A stretch of DNA of 39,127 bases. Source: Candidatus Parcubacteria bacterium (GTDB taxonomy: Bacteria; Patescibacteriota; Minisyncoccia; SW-4-49-11). The stretch covers positions 1 through 39,127 of the forward strand of contig JBEDBC010000006.1 of NCBI GenBank assembly GCA_041177485.1. Direction: 5' to 3'. The translations under genes were made by a program, and so were the position numbers. Positions 8,304-16,585 of this stretch are shown here, in pieces. The notes under the pieces were generated by a model that searched no databases, was not told where the DNA came from, and saw only the letters and a program-made list of their open reading frames with translations. The first letter of the stretch is position 1. The number at the start of each line of letters is the position of its first letter.

Positions 8304-8861
8304 ATGTTACAAAAACCAGACTTTGAACATGTAGTTTTAGTGACAGAGCTAGATGAAGTAATAGGAGTAGCACCTAAATCTGAGGTACATACTCTTGAGA
8401 CTCCATTACATCGAGCTTTTTCTCTTTTCCTTTTTCGTCCAGATGATAAAAAGTTTCTAATTCAACAAAGGTGGTCAGGAAAGAAAACTTGGCCACTAGT
8501 TTGGTCTAATAGTTGCTGTGGACATCCGGAACTTGGCGAGGATACAATTGATGCAGTTAGGAGGAGAGCTAAATTTGAACTTGGAGTAGGGGATTTTGAA
8601 CTTTTAGTCGAAGCCGCCCCTTATCGTTATCGCTTTGAGCGAGATGGAGTAGTAGAACATGAAATTTGTCCCATTTATTTTGGGATTAGCTCAGATAATA
8701 TAACTCCTCATCCCGAGGAAGTAGAGAATTATGAGTGGCTTGATTGGGATGAGTTTATAGTTCGTGCCTTTGCGGATGAAACTACTTTCTCAGAATGGTG
8801 CAAAGAGGAGTTGAGATTATTGGAGAAGACTAAGGTGTTCAAGGAGTTTATGGGGAGGTAG
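8304..8861 (+). CDS. idi: Isopentenyl-diphosphate delta-isomerase, type 1 (Nudix fold)
   Basis: Aligns by eye along its length with E. coli Idi: LHRAFSLFLF, KKTWPLVWSNSCCGHP, AVRRRAKFELGV, VEHEICPIYF, EVENYEW. Confidence 0.88.
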   Translation: MLQKPDFEHVVLVTELDEVIGVAPKSEVHTLETPLHRAFSLFLFRPDDKKFLIQQRWSGKKTWPLVWSNSCCGHPELGEDTIDAVRRRAKFELGVGDFELLVEAAPYRYRFERDGVVEHEICPIYFGISSDNITPHPEEVENYEWLDWDEFIVRAFADETTFSEWCKEELRLLEKTKVFKEFMGR

Positions 8862-8877
8862 AATAAAATTTAGAAAT

Positions 8878-8916
8878 AAAAATGCTACAGATATAAAATT
8901 TCTCTGTAGCATTTTT
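8878..8916. terminator. Bidirectional intrinsic terminator between convergent idi and trxB
   Basis: A 13-bp perfect stem aaaaatgctacag (8878-8890) pairs with ctgtagcattttt (8904-8916) around a 13-nt loop. The A-tract and T-tract arms give a U-run on either strand. Confidence 0.75.
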
Positions 8917-8924
8917 ATTTGTTT

Positions 8925-9863
8925 TTATCCCTCTAATTTATGAATATAGTTATAGGCTGAGAGGGCGGCTTTGACTGCGTCTCCAGCGGAGATGTTATTT
9001 TGTTTATAAGCCTCGTCGGTGATATCTCCAGCGGCGAATATTCCAGCTCGGGAGGTGGTGGAGTATTTGTGGTCAATAATTACTTCTCCGATTTCATTGA
9101 TATCAACTAAATGCTTGACCATATCTGAATTTGGTAGAGAGCCAATCTCTATAAATAGTCCATCTAGCGCTAGTTCTGTAATCTCTTGAGTTAGTAAGTT
9201 CTGATAATGTATCCCTGTCATTAGTTTTTCTCCGAATATATCAGTCACAACAGTATTATAAAGTATTCCTTTGAAATTAGGATGTTTTTGGATTTTCTCA
9301 GCGGTCTGAGGGTCTCCTTTGAGCTCATCACTGCGATTGAATAGGTAAACCTCACTAGCATAAGAGAGCAAATCAAGAGCACTCTCCAATCCAGAATTTC
9401 CTCCACCTACTACGGCAACTTTTTTACCTTCAAAAAACGGAGCGTCACAAGTCGCACAATAGGCCACACCTTTAGCACCAAACTCTTCCTCTCCAGGGAC
9501 ATTCAATTTTCTTCTGTGAGCTCCCATTCCGAGAATAAGAGTTTTAGCCTGAAAAGTTTTACCACCTTCAGTAGTCACTTCATAGATAGGATAAGGAGTC
9601 TCTGATACCTGGTCAATTTTGGCAACTCTATCTACCAAAGTTTCTAGTCCCGTCTGAGCTTTGATATGGGCTTCGAATTTTTGAGCTAAATCAAAACCAG
9701 AAATTCTAATATCTCCAATCCAGTTATCAATATCGTTAGAAACTACCGATTGCCCCCCAAAGCTATCGGTAATAAGTATAGCTTTGAGCATTTTACGTGC
9801 AGCATATATAGAAGCTGCTGTACCAGTAGGCCCCCCTCCGATAATTATTGTGTCATAAATCAT
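8925..9863 (-). CDS. trxB: Thioredoxin-disulfide reductase
   Basis: FAD motif IIGGGPTGTAAS, redox-active CATCDAPFF, NADPH motif VVGGGNSGLESA, and C-terminal IFAAGDITD. Confidence 0.92.
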   Translation of the reverse strand: MIYDTIIIGGGPTGTAASIYAARKMLKAILITDSFGGQSVVSNDIDNWIGDIRISGFDLAQKFEAHIKAQTGLETLVDRVAKIDQVSETPYPIYEVTTEGGKTFQAKTLILGMGAHRRKLNVPGEEEFGAKGVAYCATCDAPFFEGKKVAVVGGGNSGLESALDLLSYASEVYLFNRSDELKGDPQTAEKIQKHPNFKGILYNTVVTDIFGEKLMTGIHYQNLLTQEITELALDGLFIEIGSLPNSDMVKHLVDINEIGEVIIDHKYSTTSRAGIFAAGDITDEAYKQNNISAGDAVKAALSAYNYIHKLEG

Positions 9864-9922
9864 AATAGTATTGTTATTTAGATGAATCTTTATAAGTATA
9901 TTTTGATATAGATAAAAATATA

Positions 9923-9931
9923 TGGTATAAT
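9923..9931 (+). promoter_or_regulatory. Extended -10 promoter element (TGgTATAAT) for the second DsbA-like gene
   Basis: aTGgTATAAT ends 29 nt before the ATG at 9961. Confidence 0.5.
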
Positions 9932-9960
9932 CTTATCTATATAAGATAGCATAATACAAT

Positions 9961-10692
9961 ATGGAAAATAAATCAATTTTATTAGTTGTATCATCAATCC
10001 TTTTATCAGGTATGATGATATCATCAGCTATAATTTTTAATGGATATCAAACTAGAACCAACTCAGCAACTCCCTTGCCAGAGGTAGATAATGACCCAGT
10101 AGAGGCAAGAGATATCAATGTAGATATATCAGAGACTACTCCTTATCTTGGAAAAAAGTCCGAAGCTAAAGTTGCTATTATAGAATTTGGTGACTTTGAG
10201 TGTCCCTTTTGTAAGAGATTTCATGAGGGGGCTCGCCCAGAAATAATTAAGCAATATGTCGATACAGGAAAGGCAATCTTAGCTTGGAAAGATTATCCTT
10301 TAGACTTTCATAATCCTCTAGCCACCAAACAGGCTGTAGCTGCTCAATGTGTATATGATCAAAAAGGAAATCAAGCCTACTTTGACTATATGAGTTCAAT
10401 ATTTACTAATACTGAGAGTGGAGGAGAAGGGATGAAAGAATCCAAACTCAATGAGTTGGCTAAAGAAATCAAAGACTTAGATATTACAAAATTTGAAAAC
10501 TGTTTCAAGGAAGAAAAAACCTTAGACAAGGTAAAATCAGATATGCAATTTGCCAATGATAATGGGGTCAATGGAACTCCAGGTTTCTTGATTGGTAAAT
10601 TAGAAAATGGAAAATTAACAGGAGGAATTAGAATAGCTGGAGCTTTGCCTATTGAAACCTTCCAGAAGTATCTAGATGAATTTTTACAGTAA
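9961..10692 (+). CDS. Membrane-anchored DsbA-family thiol:disulfide oxidoreductase (CPFC)
   Basis: N-terminal TM helix, FGDFECPFCKRFH, and a cis-Pro loop VNGTPGFLIG. Confidence 0.82.
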   Translation: MENKSILLVVSSILLSGMMISSAIIFNGYQTRTNSATPLPEVDNDPVEARDINVDISETTPYLGKKSEAKVAIIEFGDFECPFCKRFHEGARPEIIKQYVDTGKAILAWKDYPLDFHNPLATKQAVAAQCVYDQKGNQAYFDYMSSIFTNTESGGEGMKESKLNELAKEIKDLDITKFENCFKEEKTLDKVKSDMQFANDNGVNGTPGFLIGKLENGKLTGGIRIAGALPIETFQKYLDEFLQ

Positions 10693-10695
10693 TTG

Positions 10696-10704
10696 TGATA
10701 TACT
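10696..10704 (+). promoter_or_regulatory. Extended -10 promoter element (TGaTATACT) for the glutaredoxin-like gene
   Basis: tTGTGaTATACT ends 29 nt before the ATG at 10734. Confidence 0.4.
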
Positions 10705-10733
10705 AATTTGGTATTAGATTTAAGTATAAAAAT

Positions 10734-10979
10734 ATGAGCACGCCAAAGATTGAAATTTATTCCACTCCAACTTGTGGATTCTGTAAACAAGCCAAAGAAT
10801 TTTTGACAGAAAATAATGTTCCTTTTGTAGACTATAATGTAGCTGCCGATGCTGAAAAGAGGAATGAATTGGTAGAAAAAAGTGGACAAATGGGAGTACC
10901 TGTAATTGATGTAGATGGACAAATTCTAATCGGTTATGACAGAGCTACTTTAGCTAAATTAGTTGGAATAGAAGCTTAA
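10734..10979 (+). CDS. Glutaredoxin/NrdH-like small redoxin (CGFC active site)
   Basis: 81 aa. IEIYSTPTCGFCKQAKEFL, followed by GVPVIDVDG and IGYD, as in the glutaredoxin fold. Confidence 0.85.
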   Translation: MSTPKIEIYSTPTCGFCKQAKEFLTENNVPFVDYNVAADAEKRNELVEKSGQMGVPVIDVDGQILIGYDRATLAKLVGIEA

Positions 10980-11002
10980 TATATTAGTTTTAATCTAAAC
11001 AT

Positions 11003-11028
11003 AAAAGACGGTTTATAAACCGTCTTTT
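11003..11028. terminator. Bidirectional intrinsic terminator between convergent grx-like gene and peroxiredoxin
   Basis: Perfect 26-nt palindrome aaaagacggttt-at-aaaccgtctttt with A/T-run flanks. Confidence 0.75.
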
Positions 11029-11056
11029 ATGTTTCCTAAACTTAGAAATTTAGAGA

Positions 11057-11578
11057 TTAAAGAGTATCTTCTCCTTCTTCCCATTCTACCGGGCAAAGAC
11101 CACCGTTTTTAAGAGCTGATAATACTCTTACAGTCTCATCAATACTTCTTCCAACATTTAAGTCAGATACAACTGAGTATCTCAAGATTCCATTAGGGTC
11201 AATGATAAAGGTTCCTCTTAGGGCAACGCCACCGTCATCATCTACTAGAATATTATAGCTGTCAGCTGTTTCTTTTTTGAAGTCGGACAATAGAGGGAAA
11301 TCTAATTTACCTAAATCCTTCTCAACCCAAGCTTTGTGAGAGTGAACACTGTCCACGCTAGCACCCAATACTTGAGCTCCAAGTTTATTAAACTCTTCAA
11401 TCTTTTTGTTGAATCCAGTAATTTCAGTTGGACATACAAAAGTAAAGTCTAGTGGGTAGAAGAATAATACTACCCATTTTCCAGAACCTGTGATTTGGGA
11501 TAGTGAATATTCTGCAAATTTTCCGTCCTGATATCCTTGCAAGGTAAAATCAGGAGCTGGTTGTCCTACTTTTATCAT
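11057..11578 (-). CDS. Typical 2-Cys peroxiredoxin (AhpC/TSA family)
   Basis: Peroxidatic Cys motif FFYPLDFTFVCPTE, HKAW, and resolving Cys GGLCPVEWEEGEDTL. Confidence 0.9.
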   Translation of the reverse strand: MIKVGQPAPDFTLQGYQDGKFAEYSLSQITGSGKWVVLFFYPLDFTFVCPTEITGFNKKIEEFNKLGAQVLGASVDSVHSHKAWVEKDLGKLDFPLLSDFKKETADSYNILVDDDGGVALRGTFIIDPNGILRYSVVSDLNVGRSIDETVRVLSALKNGGLCPVEWEEGEDTL

Positions 11579-11624
11579 AATGATTTTATTTAATTTAATA
11601 ATCTGGTATAAAAATACCTTTATT

Positions 11625-11633
11625 ATTATAGCA
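11625..11633 (-). promoter_or_regulatory. Extended -10 promoter element (TGcTATAAT) for the peroxiredoxin gene
   Basis: The reverse complement of attatagca reads tgcTATAAT. It lies 46 nt upstream of the ATG at 11578. Confidence 0.4.
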
Positions 11634-11679
11634 TAAAAATAATATTTTACTAAATTATATATCTAATTATAATTTAATA

Positions 11680-11688
11680 TGATATAAT
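11680..11688 (+). promoter_or_regulatory. Extended -10 promoter element (TGaTATAAT) for the ruvA operon
   Basis: aTGaTATAAT ends 23 nt before the ATG at 11712. Confidence 0.5.
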
Positions 11689-11711
11689 TAGTTCAGAAGT
11701 ATAAAAATATT

Positions 11712-12305
11712 ATGATTGCTAGTCTAGCTGGTACAATTCAATACAAACAAAATAATAATCTGATTATTAATGTCAATGGGGTTGGATATAGCGTTTTAGT
11801 TAATACTATTACTTACAATTCTGTTGGTGCTATTGGGGAAGATTTATCTTTAGTTACTTATCTTGATGTCAAAGAGGATAGTCTGACTTTGTTTGGTTTT
11901 TTGGATATGATTTCATTTGAATTATTCAAGTATTTGATTTCAGTGAATGGTGTAGGGGCAAAAAGTGCTCTTGCTATATTAGATTTGGATCAACCAGAGT
12001 CTTTGATACAGGCTATTCAGCAGGAACGTGTATCTGTGTTACATCAGGCTAGTGGTATTGGGAAGAAAACTGCTGAGAGAATTGTGCTGGAATTAAGGGA
12101 TAAGTTAGGTGGCTTAACTGGGTTCATGCCTGAATCATCTAGTGCAGTTGGTGCTAATGATTATAAATCTACTCAAGATGTTTGGGATGCCCTAGAGTCT
12201 TTGGGGTATAAGGCTTCTCAAATTCAAAAGATTCTTCCAGCACTGGACTCTAGTTTGGAGGTCTCGGAGCAGATTAGATTAGCTTTAAAACTATTACAAA
12301 AATAA
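11712..12305 (+). CDS. ruvA: Holliday junction branch migration complex subunit RuvA
   Basis: N-terminal OB region (MIASLAGTI...VNGVGYSV), two helix-hairpin-helix motifs (VNGVGAKSALAIL, ASGIGKKTAERIVLELRDK), a flexible linker and C-terminal domain III. Confidence 0.9.
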   Translation: MIASLAGTIQYKQNNNLIINVNGVGYSVLVNTITYNSVGAIGEDLSLVTYLDVKEDSLTLFGFLDMISFELFKYLISVNGVGAKSALAILDLDQPESLIQAIQQERVSVLHQASGIGKKTAERIVLELRDKLGGLTGFMPESSSAVGANDYKSTQDVWDALESLGYKASQIQKILPALDSSLEVSEQIRLALKLLQK

Positions 12306-12315
12306 TACTATATAT

Positions 12316-12771
12316 ATGAATATATCAAAAATTTACATAGGCTCAGATCATAGAGGTTTTAATTTGAAGCAGAATATTATTCAATTTTTACAGTCACAAA
12401 ATATTGAGGTAGTTGACTGTGGTAATTCTGTTTATGATCCTGAAGACGATTATCCTGACTATGCTTCTGAAGTCGCAAGAAAGGTAGTGTGTGATGAGAA
12501 GTCACTGGGTATAGTGGTTTGTGGAACTGGTGTGGGGGTAAGTATTGTGGTGAATAAAATTCCAGGAGCTCGTTCAGCTGTTTTAGATAAAATAGAAACA
12601 GTGGCTATTGCAAGAAGTCATAATCATATCAATGTTTTGGCACTGTCATCTGCTATAGATGTTAATCTTATACCAGATATTGTAGGTACATTCATTGAGA
12701 CTGAACCATCACATCAGGATAGACATATTAGGCGCCTATCAAAGATTGCTGATTTAGAAACTCAGATATAA
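12316..12771 (+). CDS. rpiB: Ribose-5-phosphate isomerase B (RpiB/LacAB family)
   Basis: IGSDHRGF, VVCGTGVGVSIVVNKIPGARSA, ARSHNHINVLAL. Confidence 0.88.
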   Translation: MNISKIYIGSDHRGFNLKQNIIQFLQSQNIEVVDCGNSVYDPEDDYPDYASEVARKVVCDEKSLGIVVCGTGVGVSIVVNKIPGARSAVLDKIETVAIARSHNHINVLALSSAIDVNLIPDIVGTFIETEPSHQDRHIRRLSKIADLETQI

Positions 12772-12779
12772 TTAACTAT

Positions 12780-14621
12780 ATGAAAGATACAAACAATCAA
12801 TTAGAGCAATTATCTACTTTAGCCAGATATTGGATCTTGTATGCTACAACACAGGCTGGTTCTGGACATCCTAGCTCTTCTTTGTCCGGAGTAGAGTTGG
12901 GTGTTGGGTTATTTTTTGGTGGAGAATTTCAATACGATATCAATAATCCAAGAGCCCCTTATAATGATAGATTTATTTTATCTAAGGGGCATGCTGCACC
13001 CCTTTTGTATAGTCTATGGTTATTGGCTAATGTAATTACTCCGGAGGAAATCCAAACTTTGAGGCAATTTGATAGTAATTTGGAGGGACACCCTAGTAGA
13101 AGGTTTGCCTTTACAGATGCTGCAACAGGCTCTCTTGGTCAGGGATTAGGTGTGGGTGTTGGTTATGCTTTGAATGCTAAAAAGTTTGATCAGACTAATG
13201 CTTATACTTATGTGATGCTGGGGGATAGTGAATTGGCAGAAGGTTCTGTTTGGGAGAGTGTTGCTAGTGCTGCATATTATAAACTAAATAATTTGGTTGC
13301 TTTGGTTGATGTGAATCGTCTTGGTCAGAGAGGTGAGACTATGGAGGGTCACAATTTAGATTTGTATTCTGACAAGTTTTTAGCCTTTGGTTGGAATGTG
13401 ATCAAAATAGATGGACATAATGTCGAAGAAGTGATAAAAGCCATTAAGTCAGCTAAACAGTCTACACAACCTACGGTCATATTAGCTAAAACTTTTAAGG
13501 GTAAAGGTATTTCTATTCTAGAAGATCAAGATAATTGGCATGGGAAGCCATTGAGTCAGGAAGAGTTTGAACAATATGTAGTAGAATTAGGAGAGCTGGA
13601 TTTAGATTTGAGAGGGGTTATTCCAGCTTCTAAGGATAGACATGTGGCTAAATATATTCCTCCTAAGCTAGATGAAACATTATATCCTATATATCAAGTT
13701 GATGATTTAGTTTCACCCCGTAAGGCATTCGGAGTAGCTATGAAAATTTTAACTAGTAGCTATGACGATATTATTGTGCTAGATGCTGAAGTTAGTAATT
13801 CAACATTTTCTAATCACGTAGACCCGAATAGATTTTTAGAAATGTTTATTGCCGAGCAAAATATGGTATCCGTAGCTACGGGTTTATCCTTAGCTGGTAA
13901 AAAACCAATTTTATCTTCTTTTGCAGGATTTTTAACCAGAGCTTATGATCAAATTCGCATGGCTCAATATAATGATCCTAATATGGTAATAGTAGGTACT
14001 CATCCAGGGGTATCAATCGGGGCTGATGGGTTCTCACAGATGGCACTGAATGACATTTCTTTTTTTAGAGGCTTGTTTGGCTCAGCTGTTCTTTATCCTA
14101 GTGACTCTGTCTCAACTTTAAAGTTAACAGAGCAAGCTTATATGTATGAGGGATTGAGTTATTTAAGGTTAACTCGTGCGGATGTCCCAGTAATATATCC
14201 TAATAATGAAACCTTCGTGGTTGGTGGGAGTAAGACATTATATCATAGTGAGATAGATGAATTTACGCTAATTGGAGCAGGGATTACTCTCTATGAATGT
14301 ATCAAGGCATATGCTATACTTGAAGAAAGAGGAGTGAGAGTTCGAGTCATTGATCTTTATAGTATAACCCCTCTTGATACGGCTACACTTCACTTAGCAG
14401 CTCGTGAGACAAAAGGACTGATTATAGTAGAAGATCATCATTTGGCCGGAGGTATATCAGAGGCAGTAAGATCATCTTTAGAAGATGTTTTAATCCCAAT
14501 AAGGTCTCTTTCAGTGCAATCAATTCCAAGAAGTGGTACCCCAGAAGAGTTGTTACAATTCGAACAGATTAATGTAGACAGTATTGTCGAACAGGTAGAA
14601 AATTTAAGACAATCTATATGA
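12780..14621 (+). CDS. tkt: Transketolase (compact ~610-aa form)
   Basis: GSGHPSSSLS, LSKGHAAP, GSLGQGLGVGVG, GDSELAEGSVWES, VNRLGQ, AEQNMVSVATGLS, HPGVSIGADGFSQ. The TGA stop overlaps the next ATG (ATGA at 14618-14621). Confidence 0.9.
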   Translation: MKDTNNQLEQLSTLARYWILYATTQAGSGHPSSSLSGVELGVGLFFGGEFQYDINNPRAPYNDRFILSKGHAAPLLYSLWLLANVITPEEIQTLRQFDSNLEGHPSRRFAFTDAATGSLGQGLGVGVGYALNAKKFDQTNAYTYVMLGDSELAEGSVWESVASAAYYKLNNLVALVDVNRLGQRGETMEGHNLDLYSDKFLAFGWNVIKIDGHNVEEVIKAIKSAKQSTQPTVILAKTFKGKGISILEDQDNWHGKPLSQEEFEQYVVELGELDLDLRGVIPASKDRHVAKYIPPKLDETLYPIYQVDDLVSPRKAFGVAMKILTSSYDDIIVLDAEVSNSTFSNHVDPNRFLEMFIAEQNMVSVATGLSLAGKKPILSSFAGFLTRAYDQIRMAQYNDPNMVIVGTHPGVSIGADGFSQMALNDISFFRGLFGSAVLYPSDSVSTLKLTEQAYMYEGLSYLRLTRADVPVIYPNNETFVVGGSKTLYHSEIDEFTLIGAGITLYECIKAYAILEERGVRVRVIDLYSITPLDTATLHLAARETKGLIIVEDHHLAGGISEAVRSSLEDVLIPIRSLSVQSIPRSGTPEELLQFEQINVDSIVEQVENLRQSI

Positions 14622-15286
14622 TAGAAGTAAAGCATCTAAAAAAAGTATACCAAATGAATAAAGATAATGTGGTGAAAGCTTTAGATGACATTTCATTTAA
14701 AGCCGAGACTAAGGAAATGGTAGCAATAGTTGGTAGTTCTGGTTCTGGTAAATCTACTTTACTCAATATACTCGGAGGTTTGGACAGAGTATATGAAGGG
14801 GAGGTTATAGTAGATAACAAAGATATCAAAGATTATAATCCTAATATATACCGTAGGTCAAAGGTCGGTACTATTTTTCAGCAATTTAACTTAATCTCAG
14901 CTTTAAATGTTTTAGAAAATGTTTTACTTCCTGTCAGATTCGGGGGGCAATTGAGTTCTGCTGAAGCCGAAGACAGAGCTAAACGTTTATTACAGAAAGT
15001 TGGTCTATCAGATAGACTTAAGCATAGACCAAATGAATTATCTGGAGGACAAATGCAAAGAGTAGCTATTGCAAGAGCACTCATTGCGAAGCCAGAGATA
15101 TTGTTGGCAGATGAACCTACTGGTAATTTAGATTCTGTTACGGGTAAAGAAATAATGCATCTTTTGTTTGAACTTAATGCTGAGGAGAATATGACAATGT
15201 TTTTGGTCACTCATGACCTCCACTTAGCTGAAGGTATAGATAGAAAGTTATTCTTAAGGGATGGTAAATTAGTAGATAATATTTAA
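14618..15286 (+). CDS. ABC transporter ATP-binding protein (MacB/LolD/FtsE-like)
   Basis: Walker A GSSGSGKST, signature LSGGQMQRVAIARAL, Walker B LLADEPTGNLD, H-loop VTHD. Confidence 0.92.
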   Translation: MIEVKHLKKVYQMNKDNVVKALDDISFKAETKEMVAIVGSSGSGKSTLLNILGGLDRVYEGEVIVDNKDIKDYNPNIYRRSKVGTIFQQFNLISALNVLENVLLPVRFGGQLSSAEAEDRAKRLLQKVGLSDRLKHRPNELSGGQMQRVAIARALIAKPEILLADEPTGNLDSVTGKEIMHLLFELNAEENMTMFLVTHDLHLAEGIDRKLFLRDGKLVDNI

Positions 15287-15290
15287 AGGT

Positions 15291-16571
15291 ATGTTTAGAT
15301 ATGCAATTAGCCTGGTGGCAAGACGCAAACTTAGAACCTTTTTGACTAGTTTAGGAATTACTATAGCTGTAATTTTATTATCTTTGATAATTTTTGGGAT
15401 GCAGGATTTAAGAAATTTACTTGTTTCAGCAATTCAGACTCAATTTAAGTCAAATGAAATCTATATTACTAATGCAGGCGGAGCCAGTGCGTTTACCCCC
15501 CCTACAAGTTCAGAAACTAGTGCAGATGAAACTACTTTGTTAACACAAGATGTTGTAGACAGTATATCCAAAATTGATGGAGTTACTAGTGTGAACCCTG
15601 CAACCATTGTTAATAATCTAGAGATTCAATTAGAAGGTAGAAAAGTCAATTATTCTCCCGCTTTTATTAGTGGTTGGAATATTGCTGGCGATGACTCATA
15701 TTTTATAGATTTTTGGGGAGACAAGTCCAAACCTAGTGGTGACTCTATTTTCGTATCCAAAGCTGTAGCCGACTTTTATGGGATTCAACCAGAAGAGTTA
15801 GTTGGCAAAAAGGTTAGTTTTATAACCTCCAAAAGTGCTTTATTTGGAACGGTCAAAACCAAAGAGATTCTAGATAAAAAGTTTGATTATACTATCAAAG
15901 GAGTATTCGATCCAGGGTCTGATCGTAATGACGCTATTATTTCACTTAACACCTCGACTGAAATATTGGCTACCATTGGGGGATTTGACTCTAAGGAGGA
16001 ATATGTATCTTCTGTGGGATATGATTTGTTAAGAGTGATTGGTGTAGAGGATCAGCTTAAATATATTAAAACCACCATCGATGATAAGTATAATTTTCAA
16101 GGAATATTTACAGCCGATGATGTGTTAGGATTTTTAGATAATATTATCCAAGCCTTTACAGTGGCTATGATTGCTTTTGGAACTATATCGGCAGTAATTG
16201 CCTCCATTGGAATTACCAATACTATGGTGATGAGTATTTATGAACAAACTAAAGAAATAGGAATACTTAAAGCTATGGGAGCTTCTAACCGTCAAATTTT
16301 AGGTGTTTTTCTTATACAGTCTGCTGTCATTGGATTAATTGGAGGAGTTGTTGGACTGATTATAGTGTTAATTAGTATGCAAATAGGGAATATATTTATT
16401 GTGCAGCAATTGAATGAGATAGGTTTCCAAGTTGATACTTTCTTCAACTTTAATCTATTATCTACTTTGATTATCGTTGCAGTCAGTATAGGCATAGGTA
16501 TTCTAGCAGGTATATACCCAGCACTCAAAGCTGCTACTCTCAACCCAGTCAAAGCTCTAAGGTCAGAATAA
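15291..16571 (+). CDS. ABC transporter permease, FtsX/MacB-type
   Basis: One N-terminal TM helix, a ~250-aa extracytoplasmic domain, then the FtsX-type C-terminal helix bundle with EQTKEIGILKAMGASNRQI. Confidence 0.88.
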   Translation: MFRYAISLVARRKLRTFLTSLGITIAVILLSLIIFGMQDLRNLLVSAIQTQFKSNEIYITNAGGASAFTPPTSSETSADETTLLTQDVVDSISKIDGVTSVNPATIVNNLEIQLEGRKVNYSPAFISGWNIAGDDSYFIDFWGDKSKPSGDSIFVSKAVADFYGIQPEELVGKKVSFITSKSALFGTVKTKEILDKKFDYTIKGVFDPGSDRNDAIISLNTSTEILATIGGFDSKEEYVSSVGYDLLRVIGVEDQLKYIKTTIDDKYNFQGIFTADDVLGFLDNIIQAFTVAMIAFGTISAVIASIGITNTMVMSIYEQTKEIGILKAMGASNRQILGVFLIQSAVIGLIGGVVGLIIVLISMQIGNIFIVQQLNEIGFQVDTFFNFNLLSTLIIVAVSIGIGILAGIYPALKAATLNPVKALRSE

Positions 16572-16585
16572 ATAATATCAAAAAT

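Noticed and set aside
9934-9948. Small hairpin (tatct-atata-agata) in the leader of the second DsbA-like gene. The weak AT-rich stem-loops after radC (34097-34111) and after the HisRS-like gene (36087-36104) are similar.
   Set aside because: The stems are only 5-6 bp and AT-rich, without convincing U-tracts. Such structures are expected by chance in this composition.
10386-10922. 178-aa minus-strand ORF spanning the 3' end of the second DsbA-like gene, the intergenic region and most of the glutaredoxin-like gene.
   Set aside because: It is antisense to two ORFs with unmistakable CxxC thioredoxin-fold motifs. Its sequence is low-complexity (Ile/Phe/Ser-rich) and its long open frame is expected by chance in AT-rich DNA.
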